From Chrysomallon squamiferum (Eukaryota > Animalia > Mollusca), in contig CM022671.1 in NCBI GenBank assembly GCA_012295275.1, positions 26,226,001 through 26,290,000 on the forward strand: DNA of 64,000 nucleotides. The letters run 5' to 3'. The position numbers and the translations under genes are program-made. Below are positions 34,796 through 48,293 of this stretch, one piece after another; the stretch's first letter is position 1; every line of letters begins with the position of its first letter. The notes under the pieces are model-generated. The model did no database searches. It was not told the origin of the DNA and saw only the letters and a list, made by a program, of their open reading frames with translations.

Positions 34796-36159
34796 GTAAT
34801 AAAACTATTTTAAAATATTTAAAAAAAATGTATAACATGGATGTAATGAGGAGTGCATAAACAAAAATATCTCCTACCTGAATATTTTGGCTCACATAAA
34901 ACACACGCACACACACACACAAACATAGGCATACACAGAGGCAAGCACACAGACGTACATACATAATTTTCCATATTATAAACATGTAGGACAAAATTAA
35001 TTTGGTTGCAGATTTTTTTTTTTCTAAATAGTTGTAGTAAAGAGGTTTACTTACACCTATATAAAATATATCAAATGTTTGTGTGTGCATGTTTGAAAAC
35101 AGTTGGCAAACTATTTACTGCACTATAAAAATAAAAAAGAGAAGGAAGGGTTCACTGTATGCCAGTACACAAGTAGCAGAGTTTGTTTTTCCACACAAAA
35201 TTCATTTTTGATACTCTTATTTACACCGGTGTAAAGGTTATTGAATCGGTACGCATCTACTGGATATCGTGTCTGCATCCGGAACGTCATTGGGAAGTGA
35301 TTGTAAGGATGCCATCTTGAATGATTCTGTCGTTCTTCACTTTTGTAATTATGGATGACAAATTTCAGTGTGCCACAGCACTTCTCGACTGTCTTCAGTT
35401 AAAACTGGACCTGAACCCGAAACAGAACAAATATGGAAGTTTTAGGGTGCATGGTGAAAAATAGGGATATTCCTGTGAAGTATTTACAGGAACTAACTCG
35501 GTGCCGTGTTTAGATCTTTACTGACATTTACCGATGGCTTTACAGATAGTTAGGTAATTTGTTTCATCAGCAAACTGTATGACATATCCATTTTCATATT
35601 GCTGGCCGAATTGTTAATAAAAATCATCAAAAATGGCTTATTTTTCTTTCTTTCTTTTTCATTCTTTTACTTTTAGTATTATCTTCAAGAGTTTGCTAAA
35701 CATTTAAAAATTACTGGAGACCTTGTAGTATTTTGTCTGTTATCACTTCTGTTAGTTTCTTGTCACTTAAAATTATTAAAAGGTTAAATAAAATTGTTCT
35801 GACATGTATTAATTTCACAATTTGTTATCTAAATGTTAATCCAAGTAAGCTACACTTTTATACATTTTTCATTTGTGTTTCTTAAATGTTATATAAAATG
35901 AAAGTAAATATTTTAGTTATCAGTAGAAAACTTGTATGCATCTGAAATGAAACTTCTCCTTTAAATACAACAATAATAATAATATACTAAATGGTGTTGC
36001 TATTACTACATCTAGTATTATTACTACTACTACTACTACTACTACTACTAACAATAATAAAATAATAATTGTATTTTAATGTGTCACATTTATGAATGTA
36101 CTTGCTCAGACGTTATGCTGACAATGTATATACGAGTTTCCCAAATTCATATGTTACAG

Positions 36160-36190
<31 letters not shown>

Positions 36191-36211
36191 TTTTAAAATA
36201 ATATGTTTTGA

Positions 36212-36253
<42 letters not shown>

Positions 36254-37269
36254 TTATATTTGTATTCTATATATATATATAAAACGATCCCAGAGTTTTA
36301 TTTTTGGAAAGAAAATCAACTAGTCTAGACGACAGTTGCTAAGTAAAATCACCACTTTCTTAAAACATGTGACAATACCAACGTGCCTCACTAGTAGGTA
36401 AAATAAAAATAATTTTATTTGTTAAATATATTAAACATTTTCTTAAATTTTATTTGAAAATTAAACCAAGACAGTATTAATGAGAAAATAAAAAATAAAA
36501 AATTAACAATAAAATGCTGACAAACATTTTTATACACAAAAAAGCACAGAGAAATGCAATGTCATTCAATACTGCTTCATTGTATTTGTTTATTTTAAAA
36601 CAACTTATAATCAGCAATGCAACTAATTAAGCAAGCACATAAATATCATCATTTATAATAAAGAAATTAAGCTGAAAGTATTGAATTAAATTTTAATAAT
36701 GTATACATAAATCATATTTATTTAAACAAAATGATAGCACACACACACACACACACACACACGAACATATATCATACAATAAATAACATTTTTAAATAAA
36801 ACATCTTCAATATTGAAACATGCCTTAAAATATATATATATATTTTTTTATATTCTAAAAAGTGACATTTTTTAAAATAATGGATACATTATAAGAAATC
36901 ACTGTGGACATGTATTGCTGTGAACTGAATGAAGGAGATAAAAATGTTATCAAAGGTACTGTTTACAAAGAACAGTAATGATTAAAACACTTTATTTATT
37001 ATTATTCTGTTTTACAGATAGGATGATTGCTTTTTTTGAAATAGCTCTGTTATTAACTAGCTCCAGCAAAGGTAGCAGAGGCTTCGGCAAGGCCTTTCCT
37101 CCTGTTGAAACAATAAAAATAAAGTCAGTTAAGATTTTAAAATAAAAACAAATAAATGAAACAAAAAACCATGAACCAAAAAAACAAACAACCCCCCCAA
37201 AAAAATATGACAGACAAAAACATTACAAATGTAACCAAACTGTAGATAGTATGCAAAGCGGTGATACTC

Positions 37270-37301
<32 letters not shown>

Positions 37302-38674
37302 GTAATAGTAATAAAACTATTTTAAAATATTTAAAAAAATGTATAACATGGATGTAATGAGGAGTGCATAAACAAAAATATCTCCTACCTGAATATTTTG
37401 GCTCACAAAAAACACACGCACACACACACAAACATAGGCCTACACAGAGGCAAGCACACAGACGTACATACATAATTTTCCATACTATAAGCATGTATGA
37501 CAAAATTAATTTGGTTGCAGGGTTGTTGTTTTTTTAAATAGTTGTAGTAAAGAGGTTTACTTACACCTATATAAAATATATCGAATGTTTGTGTGTGCAT
37601 GTTTGAAAACAGTTGGCAAACTATTTACTGCACTATAAAAAAAAAAAAAGAGAAGGAAGGGTTCACTGTATGCCAGTACACAAGTAGCAGAGTTTGTTTT
37701 TCCACACAAAATTCATTTTTGATACTCTTATTTACACCGGTGTAAAGGTTATTGAATCGGTACGCATCTACTGGATATCGTGTCTGCATCCGGAACGTCA
37801 TTGGGAAGTGATTGTAAGGATGCCATCTTGAATGATTCTGTCGTTCTTCACTTTTGTAATTATGGATGACAAATTTCAGTGTGCCACAGCACTTCTCGAC
37901 TGTCTTCAGTTAAAACTGGACCTGAACCCGAAACAGAACAAATATGGAAGTTTTAGGGGTGCATGGTGAAAAATAGGGATATTCCTGTGAAGTATTTACA
38001 GGAACTAACTCAGTGCCGTGTTTAGATCTTTACTGACATTTACCGATGGCTTTACAGATAGTTAGGTAATTTGTTTCATCAGCAAACTGTATGACATATC
38101 CATTTTCATATTGCTGGCCGAATTGTTAATAAAAATCATCAAAAATGGCTTATTTTTCTTTCTTTCTTTTTCATTCTTTTTTACTTTTAGTATTATCTTC
38201 AAGAGTTTGCTAAACATTTAAAAATTACTGGAGACCTTGTAGTATTTTGTCTGTTATCACTTCTGTTAGTTTCTTGTCACTTAAAATTATTAAAAGGTTA
38301 AATAAAATTGTTCTGACATGTATTAATTTCACAATTTGTTATCTAAATGTTAATCCAAGTAAGCTACACTTTTATACATTTTTCATTTGTGTTTCTTAAA
38401 TGTTATATAAAATGAAAGTAAATATTTTAGTTATCAGTAGAAAACTTGTATGCATCTGAAATGAAACTTCTCCTTTAAATACAACAATAATAATAATATA
38501 CTAAATGGTGTTGCTATTACTACATCTAGTATTATTGCTACTACTACTACTACTACTACTACTAACAATAATAAAATAATAATTGTATTTTAATGTGTCA
38601 CATTTATGAATGTACTTGCTCAGACGTTATGCTGACAATGTATATAATGAGTTTCCCAAATTCATATGTTACAG

Positions 38675-38705
<31 letters not shown>

Positions 38706-38726
38706 TTTTAAAATAATATGTTTTGA

Positions 38727-38768
<42 letters not shown>

Positions 38769-39247
38769 TTATATTTGTATTCTATATATATATATAAAAC
38801 GATCCCAGAGTTTTATTTTTGGAAAGAAAATCAACTAGTCTAGACGACAGTTGCTAAGTAAAATCACCACTTTCTTAAAACATGTGACAATACCAACGTG
38901 CCTCACTAGTAGGTAAAATAAAAATAATTTTATTTGTTAAGTATATTAAACATTTTCTTAAATTTTATTTGAAAATTAAACCAAGACAGTATTAATGAGA
39001 AAATAAAAATAAAAATTAACAATAAAATGCTGACAAACATTTTTATACACAAAAAGCACAGAGAAATGCAATGTCATTCAATACTGCTTCATTGTATTTG
39101 TTTATTTTAAAACAACTTATAATCAGCAATGCAACTAATTAAGCAAGCACATAAATATCATCATTTATAATAAAGAAATTAAGCTGAAAGTATTGAATTA
39201 AATTTTAATAATGTATACATAAATCATATTTATTTAAACAAAATGAT

Positions 39248-39294
<47 letters not shown>

Positions 39295-39800
39295 ACATAT
39301 ATCATACAATAAATAACATTTTTAAATAAAACATCTTCAATATTGAAACATGCCTTAAAAATATATATATATATTTTTTTATATTCTAAAAAGTGACATT
39401 TTTTAAAATAATGGATACATTATAAGAAATCACTGTGGACATGTATTGCTGTGAACTGAATGAAGGAGATAAAAATGTTATCAAAGGTACTGTTTACAAA
39501 GAACAGTAATGATTAAAACACTTTATTTATTATTATTCTGTTTTACAGATAGGATGATTGCTTTTTTTTGAAATAGCTCTGTTATTAACTAGCTCCAGCA
39601 AAGGTAGCAGAGGCTTGGCAAGGCCTTTCCTCCTGTTGAAACAATAAAAATAAAGTCAGTTAAGATTTTAAAACAAAAACAAATAAATGAAACAAAAAAC
39701 CATGAACCAAAAAAACAAACAACCCCCCCAAAAAAATATGACAGACAAAAACATTACAAATGTAACCAAACTGTAGATAGTATGCAAAGCGGTGATACTC

Positions 39801-39835
<35 letters not shown>

Positions 39836-41240
39836 GTAATAGTAATAAAACTATTTTAAAATATTTAAAAAAATGTATAACATGGATGTAATGAGGAGTG
39901 CATAAACAAAAATATCTCCTACCTGAATATTTTGGCTCGCTAAAAACACACGCACACACACACAAACATAGGCCTACACAGAGGCAAGCACACAGACGTA
40001 CATACATAATTTTCCATACTATAAGCATGTATGACAAAATTAATTTGGTTTGCAGGGTTGTTGTTTTTTTTTTAAATAGTTGTAGTAAAGAGGTTTACTT
40101 ACACCTATATAAAATATATCGAATGTTTGTGTGTGCATGTTTGAAAACAGTTGGCAAACTATTTACTGCACTATAAAAATAAAAAAGAGAAGGAAGGGTT
40201 CACTGTATGCCAGTACACAAGTAGCAGAGTTTGTTTTTCCACACAAAATTCATTTTTGATACTCTTATTTACACCGGTGTAAAGGTTATTGAATCGGCAC
40301 GCATCTACTGGATATCGTGGTCTGCATCCCGAACGTCAATGGGAAGTGATTGTAAGGATGCCATCTTTTATTATTCTGTCGTTCTTCACTTTTGTAATTA
40401 TGGATGACAAATTTCAGTGTGCCACAGCACTTCTCGACTGTCTTCAGTTAAAACTGGACCTGAACCCTAAACAGAACAAATATGGAAGTTTTAGGGGTGC
40501 ATGGTGAAAAATAGGGATATTCCTGTGAAGTATTTACAGGAACTAACTCGGTGCCGTGTTTAGATCTTTACTGACATTTACCGATGCCTTTACACATAGT
40601 CAGGTAATTTGTTTCATCAGCAAACTGTATGACATATCCATTTTCATATTGCTGGCCGAATTGTTAATAAAAATCATCAAAAATGGCTTATTTTTCTTTC
40701 TTTCTTTTTCATTCTTTTACTTTTAGTATTATCTTCAAGAGTTTGCTAAACATTTAAAAATTACTGGAGACCTTGTAGTATTTTGTCTGTTATCACTTCT
40801 GTTAGTTTCTTGTCACTTAAAATTATTAAAAGGTTAAATAAAATTGTTCTGACATGTATTAATTTCACAATTTGTTATCTAAATGTTAATCCAAGTAAGC
40901 TACACTTTTATACATTTTTCATTTGTGTTTCTTAAATGTTATATAAAATGAAAGTAAATATTTTAGTTATCAGTAGAAAACTTGTATGCATCTGAAATGA
41001 AACTTCTCCATTAAATACAACAATAATAATATACTAAATGGTGTTGCTATTACTACATCTAGTATTATTGCTACTACTACTACTACTACTAACAATAATA
41101 AAATAATAATCGTATTTTAATGTGTCACATTTATGAATGTACTTGCTCAGACGTTATGCTAACAATGTATATACGAGTTTCCCAAATTCATATGTTACAG
41201 AACAATAATAATAATAAATTTTTAAAATAATATCTTTTGA

Positions 41241-41278
<38 letters not shown>

Positions 41279-41754
41279 ATATTTGTATTCTATATATATA
41301 AAATCATCCCAGAGTTTTATTTTTGGAAAGAAAATCAACTAGTCTAGACGACAGTTGCTAAGTAAAACCACCACTTTCTTAAAACATGTGACAATACCAA
41401 CGTGCGTCACTAGTAGGTAAAATAAAAATAATTTTATTTGTTAAATATATTAAACATTTTCTGAAATTTTATTTGAAAATTAAACCAAGACAGTATTAAT
41501 GAAAAAATAAAAGATAAAAAATTAACAATAAAATACTGACAAACATTTTTATACACAAAAAAGCACAGAGAAATGCAATGACATTCAATACTGCTTTATT
41601 GTATTTGTTTATTTTAAAACGACTTATAATCAGCAATGCAACTAATTAAGCAAGCACATAAATATCATCATTTATAATAAAGAAATTAAGCTGAAAGTAT
41701 TGAATTAAATTTTAATAATGTATACATAAATTATATTTATTTAAACAAAATGAT

Positions 41755-41799
<45 letters not shown>

Positions 41800-42203
41800 A
41801 CATATATCATACAATAAATAACATTTTTAAATAAAACATCTTCAATATTGAAACATGCCTTAAAATATTTATATATATTTTTTTATATTCTAAAAAGTGA
41901 CATTTTTTTAAATAATGGATACATTATAAGAAATCAGTGTGGACATGTATTGCTGTGAACTGAATGAAGGAGATAAAAATGTTACCAAAGGTACTGTTTA
42001 CAAAGAACAGTAATGATTAAAACACTTTATTTATTATTATTCTGTTTTACACATAGGATGATTGCTTTTTTGAAATAGCTCTGTTATTAACTAGCTTCAG
42101 CAAAGGTAGCAGAGGCTTCGGCAAGGCCTTTCCTCCTGTTGAAACAATAAAAATAAAGTCAGTTAAGATTTTAAAACAAAAACAAATAAATGAAACAAAA
42201 AAA
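19651..42203. repeat. Tandem array of nine ~2.5-kb units (macrosatellite-like), each containing the EFCAB10 terminal exon and its downstream flank
   Basis: The anchor GACAGACAAAAACATTACAAATGTAACC recurs at ~19653, 22100, 24631, 27144, 29645, 32154, 34694, 37209 and 39740. Terminal-exon copies start (minus strand) at 21987, 24522, 27036, 29538, 32046, 34585, 37101, 39632 and 42135. Units are nearly identical apart from microsatellite lengths. Confidence 0.97.
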
Positions 42204-45200
42204 AATGAACAAAAAAAAAAAAAAAAACCCCAAAAAAAATAAACAAATGAAACTCAACAAAAACAAACGGAAAAAACAAACAACAATAAACAAAAAGAAA
42301 ACCCCTCTTTTTACTACAGATAATTGTGCAGTGAAATTAAATTCAAAATATATAACAGCATTTTAATACAGCCTATTTTTATTAACAAGAGTACAGACTG
42401 TGGCATATGTATCAATAATACTGTGAAAGGAATTAAGAAATCAGGAAAAAGATTTACGTTGATAATTCACTCCGAATATTTTTAAATCCACATTTATTTA
42501 GCAAAAACCATACAGTTTTATAACATATGATTGAAAAATGATGGCCAAAGAACAAGTTTTAGATTTCAATTAATTTTCAGTTAGGTGAGTCTCCTGATAC
42601 AACATTACAAATATTAACAAACTGATGTCTTGGGGCAACTGAGATACCTTGGTTACAGGAGTGATATTTATTTATTGCATTGCACTTTTTTTCTTTTTTC
42701 CTGTTACAGCATCATATATTTATGTAATGTATAATTCTGTGTGAATCATTTGTAATTTAACACAGTTTTAAAAAAAAAATTACAAAAATTGAAGATAACT
42801 TACGCTTCTGACAAAAATGTCTCGAATTGTACCCTGTCAACATCTTTACCTGCAGGTTCCTCATCAAAATGTTTTATCCCCAATGTAGTCATGGCTGGAA
42901 AAAAAAAAAAAAAAAATACAATAAAAAAAAACACATAAATATTCACTTTTTTTTTAAATTACATAATAATTATGTGAATATAATTTTAAAGCCAAAAGAC
43001 AAATTGATTACCTTTCAAAATTCAAACAAATACAACTCTAAATATGTACTGCCATACATCACTATGTGCAAAAAAAAAAAAAAAAATGGAATAATGATGT
43101 TTAAATAAACTTATTTGTGGAATGAATTTGAATTGAAAGAAGAAAACAGTGAGTAAATTCAACAAATACAAAACATATTTTCAGGAGAAATACTGGTGAT
43201 ATTACTGATTTTACATTTTGTAATGAGTTTGGAATAAAGAAGAAACAGTTAATACCTTCTGCATATTGCTGATAAGTGACATGGCCAGTATGCGTTGGAT
43301 CAAGCATTCCAAACAGAGAGATAATATTAGTATCATCAAACAAACAAGGATAATCTCGATGAGAGCTTCTTGACTTCATCAAATTCTGTAGGATTTCAAT
43401 TGTGAATTTTTTTGGATCCTCTGAAATAATAATAAAATGAATTGATAAGGATTATCAGCAACTGATTTTCTATTTTTTTATTTTATTACTTTTTTTTTCT
43501 TCACTTTCTATTTGTTTATTTGTTTATTTTATTTATTTATTTTTTTTTTTACTGATGTCAGTGATTAAAAATAAATAAATCCTCAGTGAATTCATTTTTA
43601 AATGCTCTTTTTTTTCAACTTTTATTTCCACAGCTCATTTTTTAAATTCCTTTATTTACAGATTAGTATCCACTCTCTACTTAATTATTTAGTTAAATAA
43701 ATAAACCTTTTCAGTTTTCATTTTTATTTGCAATCAGTAAATAATGTTAATCATGTAATTTCTGTTACAAAATAATATTTTTTTATTTAAATTATATTTA
43801 TAATAACATTTAAGAAAAAGAAAAACTCAAGCCACACATTATTATTACTGCTATAACAAATGGGATACATGTTCTAAAAATAAAACCTTTAAATATACGA
43901 TATAAAAAATTTCTATAAAATAATGTATAATGCCTTTTGTACTTAAAATTAGGTGGAGTTCTGTACTTATTATTTTATTTAAAAGTGTTATATTTAAAAT
44001 AAACTTTTCAACATATTATATAGTTAGAGATCCATCATGAGATACATAATCTGGAACTGAAATATTTAGATCTCTAAAATGGATATCTTTAGCAAATTTG
44101 GAATGTGCAGATGTTCTCTGACGTTAGAATATGTGAATATGTTCTCTGCTGTGATAGATTCTTTGGTCTATTTTCCAATGCAGATTTGTCTGCAGGATTT
44201 TCTATTATTGCAACAACCAGAACAAACTGATTCATATGATTCAGAATATTCCCTACATTATACTGTGTCAAATTCTAAATGACCACTGATTGTGAGAATG
44301 CACCAACAATCTCTGTGAGGAATGGAAACACAGAAATTATTTGTTTTTGGTTTCTCATCCTTCTGTGTGGAAACTACTTCACTGGCTCAAAGATAATTCA
44401 TATAATGAGATATTATGAGGAATGAATGCCTGACTACAGACATATCTCCATTAATTATGTATATTTAAGAAAGAGAACACACACAGTTGATTAATTTCTT
44501 ATGAAGATTGTAACATTTGCTTGAAATCCCATTATTATCAATAAGAGTTATTTCACTTGAGGTGTGTGTGGTTTTTTTTTCAAATACAGATCAGGCAGGA
44601 TCATTTACAATTGTTTTAAACAGGAATATAACAATTAAAAAATAACAAATATAAAAAAGCTACATAATATCAAGTAGATCCTGTCAGATCCATTAACAAA
44701 AGGTTTCTTAAATTGTATAGCTAAATATTTCATTCCTAAAGAGAAAAATTATATCACAAGTGTTGCACAGTATTAATTAAATACTAGTGTCATTTTGTTG
44801 AGCAACATAAGATATATGAAAAATGATCCAACCATTGTCATACATATTCAAAGTTTGGCCAGGTATTTCAGTCTCTGATAAACTGTTTTGCAAATTTGAA
44901 GACAATACTGTATATGACAATATAGTTCACATTTTTATATGCAGCCTTATTTTAGAATGTTTTTAATACAATCAATTCAAGAGCATAAAATATGCTGTTG
45001 AAAATATATGTTTTAAACTTCAAGCTTATTTTACATGAAGGTGACTATAAATATAACAAAGTTAAAAATATATATCATGTAAAACAAATGATTTGCAGAT
45101 TGTTCTTTTTTTACAAATCCCAAATGACTGTCTTGAAGCAGAAACATTTTTTCACATAAAGTCAGTTAAGATTTTAAAACAAAAACAAATAAATGAAACA

Positions 45201-45620
45201 AAAAAACCCAAAAACTGCTTAAATAATTTTTCAGTTGCAAAAATAAACAAAAATGATTGTTAATTATGCTTTTAATGCTATGATGATAAGTTTAAATAAT
45301 TATTATTTTAAAAACATTTCTTCATTACACTAATGATTAAATATCAGTATCGATAGATTCTTGGACTGAAATGCATAACTGTAAATAATTCTTTTACCGA
45401 AAATAGGTATCATGCGGATTCATATTAGTAACACGTTTAAATCGATATTAGTTTCCATACACCATGTTTATTAAAGTAAAATAAATCTAAATACATTACC
45501 TGGTCTGTGATATATAAGTTGAGTAGTTAAATTATTGAAAAGGTCTAAAATTCTATGTTTTTCCATATATTCGTGAGCTTCAATTTCTCTGGGACCCAAC
45601 TCTTTACGTTCATCCGCCAT
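42087..45620 (-). CDS. EFCAB10: EF-hand calcium-binding domain-containing protein 10 (~141 aa; N-terminal RIIa/DD-like domain plus EF-hand)
   Basis: Exons 45620-45500 (MADERKELGPREIEAHEYMEKHRILDLFNNLTTQLIYHRP), 43420-43256 (EDPKKFTIEILQNL...LFDDTNIISLFGMLDPTHTGHVTYQQYAE), 42894-42804 (AMTTLGIKHFDEEPAGKDVDRVQFETFLSEA) and 42135-42087 (RKGLAEASATFAEAS*). All introns are GT-AG with consistent phases, 426 nt in total. Confidence 0.9.
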
Positions 45621-46156
45621 CTTTACACAAATGATTTAACCATGACAACAGCTGAATAATAACATGGTGTATTAATTTTTGAAATTATTAAATTATACGT
45701 ATAATGCCAAATATTATATTTTGAAATGTTTAAATTATTAAATGAATTTTAAAAATAAACACAAAGAAATATAATTTAAACATTTGTATATTTCTCCGGT
45801 ACTGTCAAAGATGTCTGCACCCATAAAATGACAACGAGGATTGGAGGAATATTATACATTGTATCGTTGCATATATGTATTATAGCATCTTGTATATTAT
45901 GAAATACAGTGATGTTGACATTGTTTTACGTTATAATTTTATTGAGTTATAAAGAATGATATACTAAACGAAGCACAGAAGCATATATTACCATCATCAT
46001 CAATTGATCAAAGAAAAAAAGAAAATCCAAACCTAAAAAAAAAAAAAAACAGAAAAGAAAAAAGAAGTAGTTTTTAAATGACAACCAACAAATATTTGAA
46101 ATAGATTTTCAAGGAAGACATATTTTGATGGATTGTTTATAAAAAAACCTTTAACA
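45621..46156. promoter_or_regulatory. Probable bidirectional promoter for EFCAB10 and INTS13, with an X-box-like site at 45636-45649
   Basis: The divergent start codons are only ~537 bp apart. TTAACCATGACAAC (reverse complement GTTGTCATGGTTAA) lies just upstream of the EFCAB10 ATG. Confidence 0.6.
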
Positions 46157-48293
46157 ATGGATAAAGTTACAAATCGCGAGTTCGCAAGATCTCTAACGCT
46201 TTCACATAAAACAGCTTTTGTTTTAGACAGAAGTCAGTATTTTTGTAAATCATGTAAACAACCTATTGAATATGATGTACTGGTTCGAATTAAAACTCCA
46301 GGTATAATTCCCGCGGCTCCTATTACAAAGTCACTGTGGTGCTGTAATTTGGAATGTATGATAGAATATATGAGAATTGTTTATGACATCTATCCTGTTA
46401 AAAAATTGGTATGTTATATTTGTTTTGTATTCTTTTATAACATATTTGTTATTAAAAAGTTTTATGGTATGTTAAATAATTATTTGAAGATAGAATGTTC
46501 TTAGATTAAAAAAAGAAGAAAAACAAAAGAAGATATAAATGAAAATTTTTCTTCCTTTAATCATATATTTATCTATTTTGTAGATTTACATATTAGTTAA
46601 TTAGATATTAGCCTTAAGAAATCTGTTTACATATATTTGTAAATTTAGAAACTTAAATTAAAATTTAGTGTAAATTCTTCCTTTGGTTATTTTTCAGATA
46701 CGCATTATTGCTGGAAGTAAATCATTAAATAGCTGGACACAGAAAGAGCAAAACATACAACAGGTAGATTACAATTATTTACATAAATATAAATAATGAA
46801 ACTAATAATGTAAACTGTTATTTGTTGATTAATAATTTTATCTTCGTAAAAAAACCTCCAAAACATCAACAGCAAACTAAACTAGTAGTTATAGCATTGA
46901 TCAAATCTAGTTTTTAATAATAATAACAATAATAATAATAAATTAATAATAATGATAATGATAAATAACAATGGTGATGATGATAATGATAAATAATAAG
47001 GTCTAGTGTTTAATACTACTATTGATAGTACTGCTACTACTACTACTAAATAAATAGATAAAAACAGTTTGATAATAATAACAAAAAAGTAATAATAATA
47101 AGGTCTTATGTTCAATGCTACTACTGCTACTACTGCTAATAAATAAATCAATAAATAAATACAAACAGTTTAATAATAATAATAATAATAACAATAGTAG
47201 TAATAATAATTCAGTCTAGTGAGACTTGAGTTTAATACCACTACTACTATTACTACAACTGCTAATAATAAAAAATAATAAATAAATAAATAAATAAATA
47301 AATAAATATAAACAGTTTGATGACGATGATGACGACAATGATGATAACGATGTCAGTGATGATGATGATGATAATACTAATAGTAATAATAACATTACTA
47401 ATAATAATTCTCTGTTGCAGGTTATGCTAGCTCTAGCACATCTGGGTGTACCTGGCAGTGATTCAACAGAAGAAGACTACAGTGTGATGCACGGACTCAC
47501 GCATGCCATTGAGTCCATGTGTGAACCCAGTGAAGCCCAAATAGAGGTTTTAAATAGTGAGGGTGACGTTAGGAACTGTGGCCGAATAATATGTCTGACT
47601 TACATGAAAAAGTAAATTACAGTGATTATAGTTTTTTTTAAAAATGGTTTGGTCACACATAATATGCCCAAACAAAGTAACATTCATGGAAAAATGCATT
47701 TTTGCAAAGATTTGGTTTTTGAATATCATGCTTTACTTGCAGTTAATATAATGATTTTCAGTTTTAAATTTAATGTAGAGATATGTTTTTAAATTTATAT
47801 TTAAAAAAGATAATTCAATCCAAACAAATTAACTGAGTTGAATCTTTTTCCATTTTATCCCTTTCAATTTTTATCAGAAGTTTTATTAGTTCTTTTGCGT
47901 TAAATTAAGAAACTGTATTAATAGGTTTATAAATAAGTATAATTATTATCTATAATTGAAATAATACTAAAAAATGTAGATTTAATTTCATACTTGTAAA
48001 ATTATTTGTTATTATCTATATTTTTATATCTTTGTTTTAGTGATAACCATGTTTGTAAACAAAGAAACTGTATTAATAGATTTATAAATAATATAATTAT
48101 TATCTATAATTGAAATAATGCTTGTTTCTAGTCTTACACTAAAAAGTACTGAATCAATTTCATACTGATAGAATTATTTGTTATTATTTATATTTTTATT
48201 TCTTTGTTTTAGTGAGAACCACGTCCGCATGTTAGAAGAATGTGTTCTGGATGCTATTACTGAACATAACAAGCTTGCTGCTTTACAAGACAA
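46157..48293 (+). CDS. INTS13: Integrator complex subunit 13 (asunder), first four coding exons; gene continues downstream
   Basis: Exons 46157-46408 (SHKTAFVLDRSQYFCKSCKQPIEYDVL...GIIPAAPITKSLWCCNLECMIEYMRIVYDIYPVKKL), 46698-46763 (LNSWTQKEQNIQQ), 47421-47611 (SVMHGLTHAIESMC...NCGRIICLTYMK) and 48213-48293 (ENHVRMLEECVLDAITEHNKLAA). These are collinear with the N-terminus of INTS13/ASUN as I recall it. Confidence 0.93.
47907..48224 (+). repeat. Tandem ~155-bp duplication spanning the INTS13 exon-4 splice acceptor
   Basis: 47907-48052 matches 48062-48224. The copies end TTTTAG|TGATAACCATGT and TTTTAG|TGAGAACCACGT respectively. Confidence 0.85.

Noticed and set aside
19651-42203. Array interpreted as CRISPR, rDNA, histone or snRNA repeat
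   Set aside because: There is no short repeat-spacer structure and no recognisable rRNA, histone, tRNA or snRNA sequence in the unit.
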